From the NCBI GenBank assembly GCA_965219095.1, contig CBDCMT010000001.1:864001-928000 (forward strand): a stretch of 64,000 nt of DNA. Direction: 5' to 3'. Of this stretch, positions 61,568 through 64,000 are shown piece after piece. Numbering within the stretch: the stretch's first letter is position 1; each line of letters opens with the position of its first letter. The translations under genes and the position numbers were made by a program. The notes beneath the pieces were generated by a model. It did not search any database. It was given only the letters and a program-made list of their open reading frames with translations, and was not told the origin of the DNA. The stretch comes from Bdellovibrionales bacterium. Its GTDB lineage: Bacteria > Bdellovibrionota > Bdellovibrionia > Bdellovibrionales > UBA1609.

Positions 61568-63890
61568 ACAGAAGCTCTTCTGCTTCAGTTGAACTTATGA
61601 GCTTCATTTCTAGAGCTTTTGTTAATTGATCCCTCCTTCTCATCTTTCTTGGTATCTTTTTTTCTCTGACAGCTTTTTTGACTTTTTTGCGGATATTTTC
61701 TACTTTCTGAAGGGCTAAAAATGCTTTATCTAAAAGATGAAAACTATCGTTTTGAGGAATAAAAATACCTTTTGTTAATCTTTCTCTGTTTTTAGGAGAT
61801 GTCATAACCTGACAAAGTTTACGTTCTACCTCTTCAGAAGGAAGGCCTTGAAGTTGATTCAAACGAGACCAATCATAAAGTATCTTAAAGAACCAACCTA
61901 AATAAGGAGGTTTAAAGTTTTTTAGTAAAATATCAAAACCTCTTTGAACATGGTATAGAGAAGTTCCACAAGCGTATTCAACATAAGGAAAGTCTTCTTT
62001 TTGACAGCCTTCTTGTTGGTAACGCCACAAGACAGCATGAGATATATAAAGCCATGAGACAATATCTGCAAACTGACCTGTAAGTTTTTCTTTAAATTTA
62101 AGTTTTCCCCCTAGTAAGATCATTGCAAGATCAGCTAACAAAGCAAAACTAGCACTCGCCCAAGCTATTTTTTGATAATATCTTAAGGTACCCTTAGGGG
62201 CTTTAGGATAAAAGTATAAATAACCTCTTGAAAGGCTTAAAATCAAAACACGACATAAAGTGGAAAAAATATGACTTATATGGGAGAAAAAAACTTTATC
62301 AAAATCTTTAAGGTTATTTTCCTCAACAGCTTTAATCTCTTTATAAGCATAGGGATGTGCTCTTAGAAGACCTTGTCCAAAAATCATAAGAGTTCTAGTT
62401 AAGATGTTAGCTCCCTCAACAGTAATACCGATAGGAAGTCCAATATAACCTACAGCTAAAGGATTAGAAGGGCCCATAGAAACGCCTTTGCCAGCAATAA
62501 TATCCATACCTTTGATGAGTGCTGTACGAGAGGTTTCTGTACTATAGTACTTTGCTATAGCTGTGATTACAGGAGGACTGATTCCATCTACAAGAGCTCT
62601 TAAAGTAAAAAGCCTTAAACTTTCTATCCAATAATTACCAGCACCAATAAAACTTAGTGGTTCTCTAATTCCTTCAAATTGTCCAATGGAAACACCAAAT
62701 TGTTTTCTTACCACAGAGTAAGCTGTACACACGTAATGGGTCAGCTTTAAAGAACTCACACTTTGTGAAGGTAAAGAAATTCCTCTTCCCATACCCAAAC
62801 AAGCCATTAACATCTCCCAGCCATGTCCTGCTTTCTCTAAGCCCCCAATAATAGCTTCCTCAGCTATGACTTCCACGTCTTCTCCTTGAATGGGGCAATT
62901 ATTAAAGGGAATGCCCATAGGATCATGTCTTTTTCCTCTTTTAATACCCTTTGTTGTGGAGGGGATTAAAGCCAAAGTAATACCTATGTTTTTTTTCTCA
63001 GATAAGAGATGATCAGGATCTTTGAGTTGAAATGCAATGCCAATCAAAGTGGCAATTCCAGAAAGCGTGATCCATCGTTTGTTCCAATTGATTCTTATTC
63101 CTAATTTCCCATCATTTCTTTTGTACAAAAGGCCTTTTGATCTCAAACTTCCTGCGTCACTACCTGCCTTAGGCTCAGTTAAGCCAAAACACGGAATTTC
63201 TTCTCCTGTAGCTAATCTAGGTAAGTAATAGTTTTTTTGTTTCTCAGTTCCGTAATGGAGTAAAAGCTCTGCAGGCCCTAGGGAGTTAGGGACCATAGCA
63301 GTAACCCCTACAGCTAAGGAACGAGAGGTTAACTTTTCAATCACACAGGCATGTCCAAAGGGACTAAAACCTAAACCTCCGTATTTTTTGGGAATGATCA
63401 TACTAAAAAATTTCTTTTGACAAAGAAATTTAAAGATATCTTCTGGAATATCTCTGTTTTTCCAAATATTCCAATCATCAGTCATTGTGCAGAGTTCTTC
63501 GACCTCATGGTCTAAAAAGTCTTTCTCCTGTTGACTTAACTGAGGTTTTTTGAGTTGAGACCATTCTCTAAACTTAGGGATTCCTGAAAAAAACCCTGAC
63601 TCCACCCATACGACTCCTGCATCTAAAGCCACTTTTTCTGTTTTAGAAATAGGGGGCAGAACCCTTTTCATAACTTTCATAATTATAGCAGAAAATAAAT
63701 ACCTTCTTATGGGAGAAATGTTAACTAGGAGTAAAATCAAAAAAACAAAAAAAGCAGTTTGAGGTGTTGTGTAGTAAAGAGAGAGGCTGGGAAGGGCTAA
63801 AAGCCAAAACCAAAAAGGAGCTCTTAAGTAGCCAAATAATAAAATAAGAAACACTACGAAAAGAGCTAAAAAAAAGGTCATTAATATCAC
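61491..63890 (-). CDS. fadE: Long-form acyl-CoA dehydrogenase
   Basis: MVPNSLGPAELL, FGLTEP.AGSDA, ITVEGANILTR, DUF1974-like C-terminus. Confidence 0.95.
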   Translation of the reverse strand: MILMTFFLALFVVFLILLFGYLRAPFWFWLLALPSLSLYYTTPQTAFFVFLILLLVNISPIRRYLFSAIIMKVMKRVLPPISKTEKVALDAGVVWVESGFFSGIPKFREWSQLKKPQLSQQEKDFLDHEVEELCTMTDDWNIWKNRDIPEDIFKFLCQKKFFSMIIPKKYGGLGFSPFGHACVIEKLTSRSLAVGVTAMVPNSLGPAELLLHYGTEKQKNYYLPRLATGEEIPCFGLTEPKAGSDAGSLRSKGLLYKRNDGKLGIRINWNKRWITLSGIATLIGIAFQLKDPDHLLSEKKNIGITLALIPSTTKGIKRGKRHDPMGIPFNNCPIQGEDVEVIAEEAIIGGLEKAGHGWEMLMACLGMGRGISLPSQSVSSLKLTHYVCTAYSVVRKQFGVSIGQFEGIREPLSFIGAGNYWIESLRLFTLRALVDGISPPVITAIAKYYSTETSRTALIKGMDIIAGKGVSMGPSNPLAVGYIGLPIGITVEGANILTRTLMIFGQGLLRAHPYAYKEIKAVEENNLKDFDKVFFSHISHIFSTLCRVLILSLSRGYLYFYPKAPKGTLRYYQKIAWASASFALLADLAMILLGGKLKFKEKLTGQFADIVSWLYISHAVLWRYQQEGCQKEDFPYVEYACGTSLYHVQRGFDILLKNFKPPYLGWFFKILYDWSRLNQLQGLPSEEVERKLCQVMTSPKNRERLTKGIFIPQNDSFHLLDKAFLALQKVENIRKKVKKAVREKKIPRKMRRRDQLTKALEMKLISSTEAEELLYAEDLRDQAIQVDAFTTQEYHGYSK

Positions 63891-64000
63891 AATAATTCCA
63901 TTCTACACTAAGGAGTTTGTTTTTCAAGGTTAGGAGCGAAAACAACTACAAGCTGATGAGGCTTTAAAGAAACCTGTACAAAAGAACCGATTTGGTAGTT

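Overview
AT-rich bacterial chromosome segment, most consistent with a Bdellovibrionota/deltaproteobacteria-like organism. This is inferred from gene order, EF-G type, cdaA-cdaR and sigma28-like promoters, not proven. Four housekeeping blocks are present: hisC-ilvA-tsaE-cdaRA; OMP-rimP-nusA-infB-truB-rpsO-pnp-M16 peptidase; gcvH-gcvT-folD...pyrE-cutA-dcd-fusA-aat-rpmE2-mpg; and osmolyte ABC-fadE. They alternate with three IS-riddled accessory islands, each at the 3' end of a tRNA (Leu-CAA, Leu-TAG, Cys). The islands hold intact, nested and fragmented IS5, IS110, IS630, IS982, IS1634, IS66, ISL3, IS3 and IS256 pieces. Most interesting: (1) a type I R-M hsdM followed by a HEPN RNase toxin and an MNT antitoxin fused in-frame to HsdS, with no adjacent hsdR and an atypical SPPF catalytic motif; (2) a candidate two-loop IS110 bridge/seek RNA whose second loop matches the predicted circle junction; (3) an AAA+/wHTH gene under a helically phased TACTAAC array; (4) a 467-bp direct repeat flanking a mini-IS1634; (5) a perfect 115-bp palindrome at the start of a Sel1-repeat gene. 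All calls come from reading the sequence and recalled family motifs; no searches were run.
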